Of a DNA stretch of 64,000 nt, positions 1-8,942 are shown one piece after another; the stretch's first letter is position 1, and each line of letters opens with the position of its first letter. Location of the stretch: positions 4,739 through 68,738 of the IMG/VR virus record IMGVR_UViG_3300033149_001159; one strand, 5' to 3'. Made by a program: the position numbers and the translations under genes. The stretch is from a virus. Below the pieces are notes generated by a model, which was not told where the DNA came from, searched no databases, and saw only the letters and a list, made by a program, of their open reading frames with translations.

Positions 1-2
1 AC

Positions 3-245
3 CCTGCGAAAGTACACTACATTGTGGATTGGCCTGCGCAGGGCTGGACAGACCTGGTGGAGAAGAGTGAAGCATTGCTGAACTACGCCAAGGCGGACGA
101 GATTCTGTTGCCGCTGAAGGCGATAGATTTGGAACACATCGCGACGACCCAGCAGGGAATGTCGAGTGTCCAATGGGACGCGATGAAGGAGAGAATAGAA
201 AATGAATCAGTTCCTATGCCAGAACTGCGGGGAGCCGCTGACTAG
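3..245 (+). CDS. C-terminal end of probable portal protein (5'-truncated)
   Basis: Frame is open from base 3; lies directly upstream of protease and capsid genes; C-terminal helix (GMSSVQWDAMKERIENE) loosely resembles T4-type portal ends. Mostly positional inference. Confidence 0.5.
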   Translation, partial: PAKVHYIVDWPAQGWTDLVEKSEALLNYAKADEILLPLKAIDLEHIATTQQGMSSVQWDAMKERIENESVPMPELRGAAD

Positions 246-384
246 CGTCACTTACGTTAATGGCAAGATGGTGCTTCTGTGTAAGAAGTGTGGTCAGTTT
301 GTAGAGTGCGAAGTGGATATTGCGGACAAACCGCTAACCGCCGACCGCGCTACGCGCGACCATGTAAAGTGCTTGGGAGAATAG
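202..384 (+). CDS. small Zn-ribbon protein
   Basis: Two CxxC pairs (CQNCG, CKKCG); AAGGAG upstream. Confidence 0.6.
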   Translation: MNQFLCQNCGEPLTSVTYVNGKMVLLCKKCGQFVECEVDIADKPLTADRATRDHVKCLGE

Positions 385-446
385 GCGGCCACGGCCTGAG
401 ATAACGGGCTAACCGGCGCGAGTGGCCCCGCGCAAGAGGTTATGAA

Positions 447-2120
447 ATGCCGTACACCATCACCGTTCGGGATAATGAATACTGTGTTTATCGCAAGGAC
501 AGTAACGGGAAGCCCTTTGGTAAGACTTTAGGGTGCCACCCCACGAAGAAGAAAGCCATTGCCCAGATTGGTGCGATTGAGAGTTCTGAGAAACGGGAGG
601 AGGCGGGCGACCATATCTGTGTCTGCCCTGAGTGTGGGGCCAAGGTTACTGCTGAGATCGGGCAGAAGTGCAACGCAACGAAATGCCCAAAGTGTGGTGC
701 GATGATGCGAGCGGAAGGGGCCCCGCGCCTAAGCAGGGAGGAGGCGAGCTACATGGTTATCGTAGAGGGCTGGCTGCCTAAAGGAATCAGCCAGAACGAT
801 TTGGACGACGGGGATTTCGCTTGGTTATCCAACGCCTACAAGAGTGGGAAGACGGACGATAAGTCTAAGGGCCGCAAACTGCCATACAAAGTGCATGGCA
901 AGGTCAACCGTGCGGGCTGGAAGGCTGCGTGGAGGGCTGCGGCCCACCCAGGTGCTAGGCACCCATCGTTTGCGGGCGGTCCTAGCCAACAGGCTGTGTT
1001 GAAGAAACTGCGGGCAGCAAAGCCAAAGGGGATTGAGATAGACGTGAAGAATCGGTTTACGGATACGGAAGAGAACACACCAGCGGTGCTGATTGCATCT
1101 GAAAGGCCGCTAGAAATCTTAGAAGAGACACAGGGTGGTCTCAGGGTTGCGGGAGTAGCTTTGATTGACGGGGCCATCAGTAGCAACCGTCGCCTTTACA
1201 CAGCAGAGTTCAATGATAGGTGCATGGAGGCGACGAACAAATACATGGCGGAAGGCGGGACCGTCACCATCTTCAGTCGGCATGGGAACGCAGTAGGGCG
1301 GAGCGGGCAAATGCCGACCGCCCTGCCGATTGGGAAGGTGTCGGCCCCGCTTTACCGAAAGGAAAGTGAGATTTGGTACAACGGGTTCATTGTCGATACG
1401 ACCGAGGGCAACGATGTAATCAAGCTCATCAAGGCCGAGGTTATGCTTGCTACTTCCATTCGGGCCATATCCTACAAAAGCCGCATGCGTAGGATGAACG
1501 GCCAGGATGTTGAGGAGCTAATAGAAGCAACCATTGTTGGGATTGACACGACGGACGAAGCGGGAATCAGGGGTGCGGGCATCCGCGAGGTGCTTGAGGA
1601 AGCCCCACAGTTTGAAGAGGAGGAAGACATGGACTACGAGAAGATTACTATGGAGGAACTGCTTGAGCACCGCAAGGACCTTCTGGACGAGCATGCGGCA
1701 GCCGTTCAGGAAGCCATGCAGGTCAAGGTGGATGAGGCAGAGGCAAGAGTCGCGGAAGTAGAGGCCAAGCTCCAAGAAAAGGTGGGCGAGTACGACACCT
1801 TACTCGAAGAGAAAGGTGTTATTTCCGAAGCTGCGGAAGGTCAGGTCAAGGACCTGGCGCTAAAGCTCAAGATTGCCGAGGCAGCTAATTTTGGCGGGAT
1901 GTCCGAAATTGTGCTCGAAGAGCTAACAAAGAAGGTGAAGTGCGAAGAGGACATTGAAAAGTACCTGAAGGAAGCCAAGGACAAGGCTATGACGGTGATT
2001 CTGGGGCGGGCTAGCACCGCGAGCGCGAAGGGTCAGACCCTATTCACCGAAGAGGACAACGAACCTAAACTGGATGCTGTGCAACGTGGCATTCTGAGAT
2101 TCGTCGGGAGGGAAGAATAA
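447..2120 (+). CDS. prohead protease (T4 gp21-like) fused to C-terminal scaffold, with extra N-terminal modules
   Basis: RVAGVALIDGAISSNRRLY..HG..TSIRA pattern resembles T4-like prohead proteases; acidic coiled-coil C-terminal third; immediately upstream of capsid gene. Confidence 0.8.
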   Translation: MPYTITVRDNEYCVYRKDSNGKPFGKTLGCHPTKKKAIAQIGAIESSEKREEAGDHICVCPECGAKVTAEIGQKCNATKCPKCGAMMRAEGAPRLSREEASYMVIVEGWLPKGISQNDLDDGDFAWLSNAYKSGKTDDKSKGRKLPYKVHGKVNRAGWKAAWRAAAHPGARHPSFAGGPSQQAVLKKLRAAKPKGIEIDVKNRFTDTEENTPAVLIASERPLEILEETQGGLRVAGVALIDGAISSNRRLYTAEFNDRCMEATNKYMAEGGTVTIFSRHGNAVGRSGQMPTALPIGKVSAPLYRKESEIWYNGFIVDTTEGNDVIKLIKAEVMLATSIRAISYKSRMRRMNGQDVEELIEATIVGIDTTDEAGIRGAGIREVLEEAPQFEEEEDMDYEKITMEELLEHRKDLLDEHAAAVQEAMQVKVDEAEARVAEVEAKLQEKVGEYDTLLEEKGVISEAAEGQVKDLALKLKIAEAANFGGMSEIVLEELTKKVKCEEDIEKYLKEAKDKAMTVILGRASTASAKGQTLFTEEDNEPKLDAVQRGILRFVGREE

Positions 2121-2122
2121 TC

Positions 2123-3307
2123 ATGGAGAGGATTGGGACTGAAGTAATCCTTGGCGGGGGCGACACCTACCGAGATTACATGAATGAGAGGCGGAAGTAC
2201 AAAGATGCCCTGGTTAACAAGTGGCAGTGGCTGCTTGAGGGCACCAAGAAACAGAACCTGAAGAAAATCGACCGAAGTCTTTGGCCGACAATGGCGATGG
2301 TGTTCGAGAACCAGGTGCTTTCAACAGAACGGAGCCTGATGGAGGCCACAACCACGGGGGGTGTTTCTATGCCCACGCTGTACTCGTTGCCGATTATCCG
2401 CAACGTGTACCCGAACCTTATTGCCATGAAGATCGCAAGCGTCCAGCCGATGCCAATGTCGAGTGCGGGCGTTATGCAGATCTTCTACCAGGACTTTCAG
2501 CGAGAAGATGCTTCTGACGCTAGTCTGAAGGTTTCTGACTCTGACTATGCACTTGGCGCAGAAAACTCGGTGCCAAAGCGTGTGAAGATGGTAATCACGT
2601 CTGAGACCGTGACTGCCGTCAAGAACATTCTTGGAGCATCGTGGTCACAGGAAGTTCAGGAAGACGCGATGGGTTCGCTGAATATCGACGTAGAGTCTGA
2701 GCTGATCACGCAGATGTCCCTTGAGATACTAAGGGAGATTGACCAGATCGTCATCGCCGAGATGTTGGCGGGCGCGACCGCTGGTGCAAGTACGTGGACA
2801 TGGACGAACACGAGCACCTGGTCGAATCAGGAATGGTACAAAGGCCTAGGGCACGCGTTTGTGGACATGGAAGACGACATTTACGGTGCACGCTTCCGCA
2901 GCGGTCAGTGGATTATCGCTGGTCGAAACGTGGTGAAGTACATCCGCAAGATGTCAGACTTTGTGCCCGCACCGCGCAACCAACCGTTTGATCCGTTCAA
3001 GATGGGTGTGGAGAACATCGGGCGACTCACAGGATACTGGGACATTTACCTGACGAACTACCTGAATACAAACCGCGCCATCATGGGCGTGTATCCAAGG
3101 TCAGTAATCGATACGGGCTACGTGTTCTCGCCGTACATTCCACTCACGCCAATGCCGAAGATCTACGCGGAATATGCTGCACATGATGATGCGACGTTCC
3201 CAGGCGCGTACTCGAACACCGACAAGTGGAGTCGAAACGTCCGCACGAGATATGCCAGGAAAATGGTTGTACCAGAGCTCTTTGCAACGCTGACAATCTC
3301 TGCCTAG
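2123..3307 (+). CDS. major capsid protein, T4 gp23-like
   Basis: gp23-family motifs: LVNKWQWLLEG, FENQ, LPIIRNVYPNLIA..SVQPM, WSQEVQEDA..IDVESELITQMSLEILREID, GYVFSPYIPL, VRTRY. Confidence 0.92.
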   Translation: MERIGTEVILGGGDTYRDYMNERRKYKDALVNKWQWLLEGTKKQNLKKIDRSLWPTMAMVFENQVLSTERSLMEATTTGGVSMPTLYSLPIIRNVYPNLIAMKIASVQPMPMSSAGVMQIFYQDFQREDASDASLKVSDSDYALGAENSVPKRVKMVITSETVTAVKNILGASWSQEVQEDAMGSLNIDVESELITQMSLEILREIDQIVIAEMLAGATAGASTWTWTNTSTWSNQEWYKGLGHAFVDMEDDIYGARFRSGQWIIAGRNVVKYIRKMSDFVPAPRNQPFDPFKMGVENIGRLTGYWDIYLTNYLNTNRAIMGVYPRSVIDTGYVFSPYIPLTPMPKIYAEYAAHDDATFPGAYSNTDKWSRNVRTRYARKMVVPELFATLTISA

Positions 3308-3322
3308 ACGATAGGGGGGTCT

Positions 3323-5185
3323 ATGCTCGTTCGGAACTTTACGGGCATTAAGCAGCGTGATTCGTTGAGTGGTGTAGTGATTCACCCCGACGAATGGACG
3401 GACTTGCCCTATGATGCAGCACTCAAGTTCTGGAGATTGCGAGTCGCAGAACTAGACGACTCGCAGTCTCCAGACAGGTGGTGGAAAGAGCCGGACGGGA
3501 CCCATATCTTCTGGACAAGCCCCTTTTCGTTGGGGGATGGCTATGCGACCGCAGCGGAGAGTATGGTTCTGGCTCTTCTAAGGCAAGGACTCAAGTTACA
3601 CCTAGCACAAACATGGTTTGGGCAGATGTACGGGCTTGACAAACGAATAGTCGATGGGCTGCGAGAAGTTCATCCGGCACCGATGCAGGTAGGCATCTGC
3701 ATGGCAACACCGGGCGAGTTTAATAAGCTACCCACGCCCTACAAGATAGGCATTACCATGTACGAAGCAGATAACCCTTTGGAGAACTTGCCGGAGTGGA
3801 GGCATGAATGTCGCATCTTGGATATGCTCATTGTACCGTGTGAGTATTGTAAGAGAACGTTCAGCAAGTTTGTAACCCATTGCCCAATCAAGGTCGTACC
3901 GCTCGCGGTAAACCCGTTTTACTACACAGCGAAGAAGAAGAAACCGAAAGACACATTCACGTTCGGGATGCACGGGACCCTAACGGGAAGAAAGTCACCA
4001 CTCGAACTTATAGATGCTTTCCAGAAGGCGTTTCCAACCGAAACGGACGTGAGGCTAGAACTGAAGACCAGGTTGGGAATCTGTGGATACAGGCAGAACC
4101 ACCTACCTACCATAACAGATTCCAGGGTTACCATACTCGACGAGGATTGGCTGGCCCCGAAGCTGCGAAAGTGGTTAGAGGGAATAGATGTTTACATATT
4201 CCCTTCCAAGGGTGAGGGATTTGGGATGCCGCCGAGAGAAGCAATGGCAACGGGGTGCCCTACGATGCTGACAAACCACACGGGACTGGCTGGGGTGTGT
4301 AACAAGGAGTACAACTGGCCCATCCCCGTGGCAAAGGAAGAAGAGAGTCCTTTGGGTGGGCTGTGGAGGCTGCCCGACTGGGATTACGTCATAGAAACCA
4401 TGCGGTGGATGTACCTTAACAGGGGAAAAGCTTACAAGAAGGGCCACAGGGGCGCAAGGTGGTTCATAAAGAACCACGGGGCTGACGCTGCTGCAGCGCA
4501 ACTGAAAGCTGTTATTGAAGGAATTAACCCCTTAGAAAAACATGCGGTTAGGAGAGTGCACACAGAAACGATTGCAGGCGGCGCATCTAAAAAGCACACA
4601 GCATTCTACGCAGAGATAGAAAGGTTGCTCCCTAAGGGGAAGATTCTCGATGTAGGCGTGGGCGAAGGCGTCCTGTACGCAGAACTTGTGAAGCGAGGGT
4701 ATCAAGTTACTGGCATCGTAGAGCCGAACAAGCTATTGTACATTACCAGGCTACTAGAAGCCCACGGGATTGTGCCTAACCTACTTCCGCAGAAGCTATT
4801 TGATTCCCGTAGGCTGAACGCAAAGTTCGATGCTTGTGTGAGCCAGGGGGTGTTGCAAGACTACCGCATGCCCGAAATCCAACTAATAGTCAGGTCTTGT
4901 TTGGAAGTAGCGCCGCTAGTACTGTTTTCAGTCCCAACGGTGCACTACCCGACAGGCTTTGGGCCTAGAGCAGGCCTTTGGAGACGAGATAAGTGGGAAG
5001 ACACGCTAAGGGCTTTCGACTTCGAGTTCCGCTATTATGGGGCTCGCCAATATCTAATGTGCCAGATACACGGCCTTGACCACGGCCTTAAAGCCCCTAG
5101 CTATGGCTATATGGTGGACAATGTATGGCATCCAGGCGCTTGGCAAAGACCGGACGGGAAGGTAGTTAGGGCCGAGCGAGAGTGA
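3323..5185 (+). CDS. GT-B (GT4-like) glycosyltransferase fused to class I SAM methyltransferase
   Basis: DGYATAA, RKS, FPSKGEGFGMPPREAMATGCP; C-terminal ILDVGVGEG SAM-binding motif. Confidence 0.88.
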   Translation: MLVRNFTGIKQRDSLSGVVIHPDEWTDLPYDAALKFWRLRVAELDDSQSPDRWWKEPDGTHIFWTSPFSLGDGYATAAESMVLALLRQGLKLHLAQTWFGQMYGLDKRIVDGLREVHPAPMQVGICMATPGEFNKLPTPYKIGITMYEADNPLENLPEWRHECRILDMLIVPCEYCKRTFSKFVTHCPIKVVPLAVNPFYYTAKKKKPKDTFTFGMHGTLTGRKSPLELIDAFQKAFPTETDVRLELKTRLGICGYRQNHLPTITDSRVTILDEDWLAPKLRKWLEGIDVYIFPSKGEGFGMPPREAMATGCPTMLTNHTGLAGVCNKEYNWPIPVAKEEESPLGGLWRLPDWDYVIETMRWMYLNRGKAYKKGHRGARWFIKNHGADAAAAQLKAVIEGINPLEKHAVRRVHTETIAGGASKKHTAFYAEIERLLPKGKILDVGVGEGVLYAELVKRGYQVTGIVEPNKLLYITRLLEAHGIVPNLLPQKLFDSRRLNAKFDACVSQGVLQDYRMPEIQLIVRSCLEVAPLVLFSVPTVHYPTGFGPRAGLWRRDKWEDTLRAFDFEFRYYGARQYLMCQIHGLDHGLKAPSYGYMVDNVWHPGAWQRPDGKVVRAERE

Positions 5186-5192
5186 GGAAACT

Positions 5193-5888
5193 ATGCTCCT
5201 GACAGCAATTCGGGAAGCCGTTAGAGACGTATACACAACGGAAACCTATACAGACGAGCAACTGGACAGGCGAATAGCCAGTGCGGTGAAGTGGTACAGT
5301 AGGTGGAACCCGCACATCAAGAACACTAGTTTCTCAGTCGTTAAAGACCAGCAGTACTACGACTTGCCAAGCGATTGCCTAAGAAACTACATAGAAAGGG
5401 TGGAATACTGGCCTTCTGGAGGGATAAGCCTGGAACTGAATGCTGCAAATGAATACGCTTTTGCATACCCGACTGCGGAGTACACCTATGATTTGTACTC
5501 GCAAAGAGTAACGGCGGACATAAGGCAGCAAGAGTTCATTCGCAGAATCAAGGGCTACTACTTCATCGAAAACAACCAAATAGGACTCTTTCCTGTACCA
5601 GATGGCAGTGTAGTTACGGTCTATGTCTATTATGGCGCGGCGCATGTGATAAGCGGAGATCCAGAAGCTTACGCCACAATCCCCGCCGAAGATCTTGGCA
5701 TTATCCGAGATCTTACTTTAGCAGAGATTATTCAGGGAAAGCAGATTGAGTTTTCGGTAGAGCCAAACTACACAGAAGGTATGCAGAAAACAATAAAGTC
5801 CCAGATTCCCAAGAATGTAGAAGCTACGGTGAGAATGCTACGGGGTGAGTGCCAGGCAAAGTATACCAGAAACATGGTGGGTAGCTGA
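5193..5888 (+). CDS. head-tail adaptor / neck protein
   Basis: Position after capsid; helical N-terminus (YTDEQLDRRIASAVKWYS) and YYDLPSD motif typical of adaptors. Confidence 0.6.
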   Translation: MLLTAIREAVRDVYTTETYTDEQLDRRIASAVKWYSRWNPHIKNTSFSVVKDQQYYDLPSDCLRNYIERVEYWPSGGISLELNAANEYAFAYPTAEYTYDLYSQRVTADIRQQEFIRRIKGYYFIENNQIGLFPVPDGSVVTVYVYYGAAHVISGDPEAYATIPAEDLGIIRDLTLAEIIQGKQIEFSVEPNYTEGMQKTIKSQIPKNVEATVRMLRGECQAKYTRNMVGS

Positions 5889-6262
5889 TGCCTGGAGTGA
5901 ATCTTACTGCAAGACGAAGAGATGTAAAAAGAATCATCGACGACGACCCATGGACAATCGTTGTTCATACGCCAGGAAGAACATCTGACGACGCCGAGAC
6001 CACACAGACTTTCACTGGAAGAGTGCAGCCCCAGGGCGGTAGGGGTTTCATGGACCTGAACCCGAAGTACATGGGGGGGGAGCGGTCCTTAACCAGATAC
6101 GCATGGCTCATTTTAGCAGAGTGGGATATTGACGAAGTGAAGGGGGGGGATGAAATAGACGCCACTCACGCAGCCACGGGTATAACCAAAAAGCTGAAGG
6201 TGTTTCATGCAGACCAGTATCCCTACAAGTGGGAGATACAGCTAGATGAGCGTCAAAGATAA
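5888..6262 (+). CDS. head closure (stopper) protein
   Basis: Size, beta-rich sequence and position after adaptor. Confidence 0.55.
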   Translation: MPGVNLTARRRDVKRIIDDDPWTIVVHTPGRTSDDAETTQTFTGRVQPQGGRGFMDLNPKYMGGERSLTRYAWLILAEWDIDEVKGGDEIDATHAATGITKKLKVFHADQYPYKWEIQLDERQR

Positions 6263-6449
6263 CGAAGGGCCTTTCATCATGCGGGCCAAGCCTGTAACGG
6301 GTTGTTTCGAATGTTCTGTGTGTCATTCTATGAAGTTGAGGTTTGACTTTAACCCATACAAGGGTCAGTTGACGCTATCGTGTGACCAGTGTGGGAATCA
6401 CAGAACAATGAACTTTGCAATGGGAATGGAGATTGATGGCCGGAAGTGA
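6246..6449 (+). CDS. small Zn-ribbon protein
   Basis: CSVCH and CDQCG pairs; fills gap between coupled genes. Confidence 0.5.
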   Translation: MSVKDNEGPFIMRAKPVTGCFECSVCHSMKLRFDFNPYKGQLTLSCDQCGNHRTMNFAMGMEIDGRK

Positions 6450-6927
6450 TATGGCAGAGGTCATTCGCTACTTTCTAAAGAACAACGCCGCGGCAGCAAC
6501 TCTGAGAAGCTACGTTCAGGGCGGGACGGACAACATCTTGGCGGCTGGAGACCTAACGGACGAGATTCTATCAGATGCGGTAGACGCCAGGAGGACTGCT
6601 GGAGTAGATAACGTTGCTTTAGCCATATCGGTGCAGGACGCGGGGGAAAGAGAGACGGGGTTCCTTCAGAATGACATGTTTGTCGCGGTCAGGGTTTACG
6701 ACCGATATAGGGGCTACAAGAATCTGCGGAAGTGCAAGATAGAACTTATGAAGATTCTCGTAGGGCACTTTGCTAACTTGACGGCGGGTATCGGGATCGG
6801 CCACAGGGAGACTTTCTTCCAATCGCGCACAGGCCACCGATTCAGCCATCAGTTTAGTGTGGATTATGAATCACTTACGTTTCGGTGCGCGGTTATGTAC
6901 GGGGAAAACACATACAACCCCGGATAA
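6436..6927 (+). CDS. tail terminator / completion protein
   Basis: Directly upstream of tail tube gene; start taken at ATG 6436. Confidence 0.55.
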   Translation: MAGSDMAEVIRYFLKNNAAAATLRSYVQGGTDNILAAGDLTDEILSDAVDARRTAGVDNVALAISVQDAGERETGFLQNDMFVAVRVYDRYRGYKNLRKCKIELMKILVGHFANLTAGIGIGHRETFFQSRTGHRFSHQFSVDYESLTFRCAVMYGENTYNPG

Positions 6928-6942
6928 TGAGGAGGAATTAAG

Positions 6943-7776
6943 ATGGGAGCCAACGAAAGAACTAGTGGTATTGGCCTTCGGCATGTACGGGTCGGACTGA
7001 GGGATTCAGACGGGACGCTGAAAGTTCCTGCTGGAACCGCTGCCGGAACTGCGTATAGCGGAAGGAGAGCTGAGGGTGCGACCGCCCTGACGATTACCGT
7101 ACCTGACCCAGTGACGGTGCCTGTGAGTGGAGATGATAGGGTCTACTACAAATGGGTCCTGCCGCCAACTGACAATTCGGCTGGCGAGTTGCGGGTCAGC
7201 AAGAACGACACCCAGATGATTGCCCTAGTTTCGGGCACCAAGCAATGGGGCTCGCCGAACCGAAGGAAGGTCGGGTTTGGTTCTGACAGCCAGGGTGAAG
7301 AACCAGAGTTGGTAATCTGGGGCTGCCGACAAGTCATTGAGGCGGATGAGGCCGAGGCGACGTACGGGACTAAGAAGTGGGAGACGTATTACATCCTGAA
7401 CGCGATTGGTTGGGTCAAGCCCAGTCCGTTTGAGTACCAGTCGGTGCAGAACGACATCTACGCTATCACTGCCAACGATGCGACTGTCAGTGAGATGGGT
7501 ACTGCCTTCACTGAAGCGATCAACGGGGCTACCAAGTTCGAGTTCCTGAAGATCGTGACCGACAAGAAGTATATGTTGGATGCGTTCGCAGGGGATGCTG
7601 CACAGACGACCTTCACGCTGTCCCAGACACCTTACGAGAGTGGTATCTTCAACATCACGTTGGATGGCGTTGTGCAGAACGAAACGACTGAGTGGACGCG
7701 AGTGACCAACGTAATTACCATGCTGGTTGCACCTGGGGCAGGCACGAAGCTAATCGTCGAGTATGAGTACGAATAG
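6943..7776 (+). CDS. major tail tube protein with C-terminal beta appendage
   Basis: GAGGAGG RBS; N-terminal GIGLRHVRVG; C-terminal FAGDAAQTTFTLS..APGAG domain; followed by chaperone and tape measure genes. Confidence 0.75.
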   Translation: MGANERTSGIGLRHVRVGLRDSDGTLKVPAGTAAGTAYSGRRAEGATALTITVPDPVTVPVSGDDRVYYKWVLPPTDNSAGELRVSKNDTQMIALVSGTKQWGSPNRRKVGFGSDSQGEEPELVIWGCRQVIEADEAEATYGTKKWETYYILNAIGWVKPSPFEYQSVQNDIYAITANDATVSEMGTAFTEAINGATKFEFLKIVTDKKYMLDAFAGDAAQTTFTLSQTPYESGIFNITLDGVVQNETTEWTRVTNVITMLVAPGAGTKLIVEYEYE

Positions 7777-7792
7777 TCTATAGGGGGTCCGA

Positions 7793-8191
7793 ATGAAAGA
7801 GAGCATAGTCGAGTACTCTGATGAAGAGTATGATGTAAAGATCACCGTGCGCCAGTGTAGCCTGGCGGCTTCGTTCAAGCGCCAGGCAATTCGGGCAAAG
7901 CAGGTCGCCCATCTCTTGAAAATGGAGAAGGAGGGCAACAAGCCAAATATCTATGAACGCTATGCTGCCCTCCGTTACCTACCCGAACTTTATGGGGCGA
8001 CGGTCAAAATTGTCAACGCAAAAGACGCCAAACTGAAGCTGCCAGACGAAATGGACCTTGACGCGTTCATGGCATTGCCAGAAGCTCTGATCATACTCTG
8101 GGAAAGGGCCACCTACGAAGTCAATCCGCAGTGGATTGCAAGGACTGATGATTCGGGGGAAGCGAAAGAGCCAGGCAAGAGCTCTGGCTAG
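7793..8191 (+). CDS. tail assembly chaperone (gpG-like)
   Basis: Between tail tube and tape measure genes; slippery G GGG GAA at 8155-8161. Confidence 0.75.
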   Translation: MKESIVEYSDEEYDVKITVRQCSLAASFKRQAIRAKQVAHLLKMEKEGNKPNIYERYAALRYLPELYGATVKIVNAKDAKLKLPDEMDLDAFMALPEALIILWERATYEVNPQWIARTDDSGEAKEPGKSSG

Positions 8192-8442
8192 ACCAACAGC
8201 TACTCGGCTGGCTCAAAGAAGACGACCGCAACCCCGAAGAAATCGAATGGTTGCTCAACAAGCCAGAGTTTAGCTGGTCTGTCTGGAAAATGATGGAAAG
8301 TACAGGCTGGACGTGGTTGCCTTACGAGGGCGGCCTTCTTGACCAACCGGCCTGGCTCATTCAAGACCTGATGACCATAAGCTGGCGCAAGGGTGTCGTT
8401 AAGGACATGCTTTCTCCTAGCCCGAAAGAGGTGGCGAAGTGA
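8158..8442 (+). CDS. tail assembly chaperone -1 frameshift extension (gpT-like)
   Basis: The -1 frame is open from the slippery site (GSERARQELWLDQ...) into the 8251-8442 ORF with LPYEGGLLDQPAW. Confidence 0.75.
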   Translation, partial: GSERARQELWLDQQLLGWLKEDDRNPEEIEWLLNKPEFSWSVWKMMESTGWTWLPYEGGLLDQPAWLIQDLMTISWRKGVVKDMLSPSPKEVAK

Positions 8443-8942
8443 GACTTGTGCCCGTGAACCAAGCAGAAATAGACGCTCTATTTGAGCGCATTGAAAAGGC
8501 CATCGACACGATGGGCGACGTTGTCGTGCATAAGTCGATGGACTTTGCTGTTCAGACGGTATCTGAGATCTTCGAGGGCGAAGGGGCTCATCCAGGGCTA
8601 GGCACTCAGGAATGGCAATCCTTGAGTGAAATGCAGAAGGGCATCCGGGCTCACGAGCTGGGTGAACAGTGGGCTGAGCACCCCATCCTTCAGTTTTATG
8701 GCGACCTGTACTTTTCGCTGACCGAACCCGACCACCCGAACGCGATGCAAGCGATTATGAAGGAACGGCCTGGGGACTATGAGGGGCTTTACGGAACATC
8801 TGACCCCAAGTTTGAGCTACACCAGAAGGGAACAGAGGGGCCGAAACGGGTTATCTGGCCGGTGGACGCTGCGGAAGAACGGCTCATGGCTATGATGGAA
8901 GGGCATCTCCTGCATGAAGTGGAGCGAATAGACGGTGTCTGA
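8439..8942 (+). CDS. virion morphogenesis / tail completion protein (Mu gpG-like)
   Basis: [29 protein letters not shown] pattern. Confidence 0.65.
   Translation: MRLVPVNQAEIDALFERIEKAIDTMGDVVVHKSMDFAVQTVSEIFEGEGAHPGLGTQEWQSLSEMQKGIRAHELGEQWAEHPILQFYGDLYFSLTEPDHPNAMQAIMKERPGDYEGLYGTSDPKFELHQKGTEGPKRVIWPVDAAEERLMAMMEGHLLHEVERIDGV

Noticed and set aside
385-446. Possible structured leader before the protease gene (GGCCAC..GTGGCC)
   Set aside because: Short GC-rich pairing that could arise by chance; no further support.
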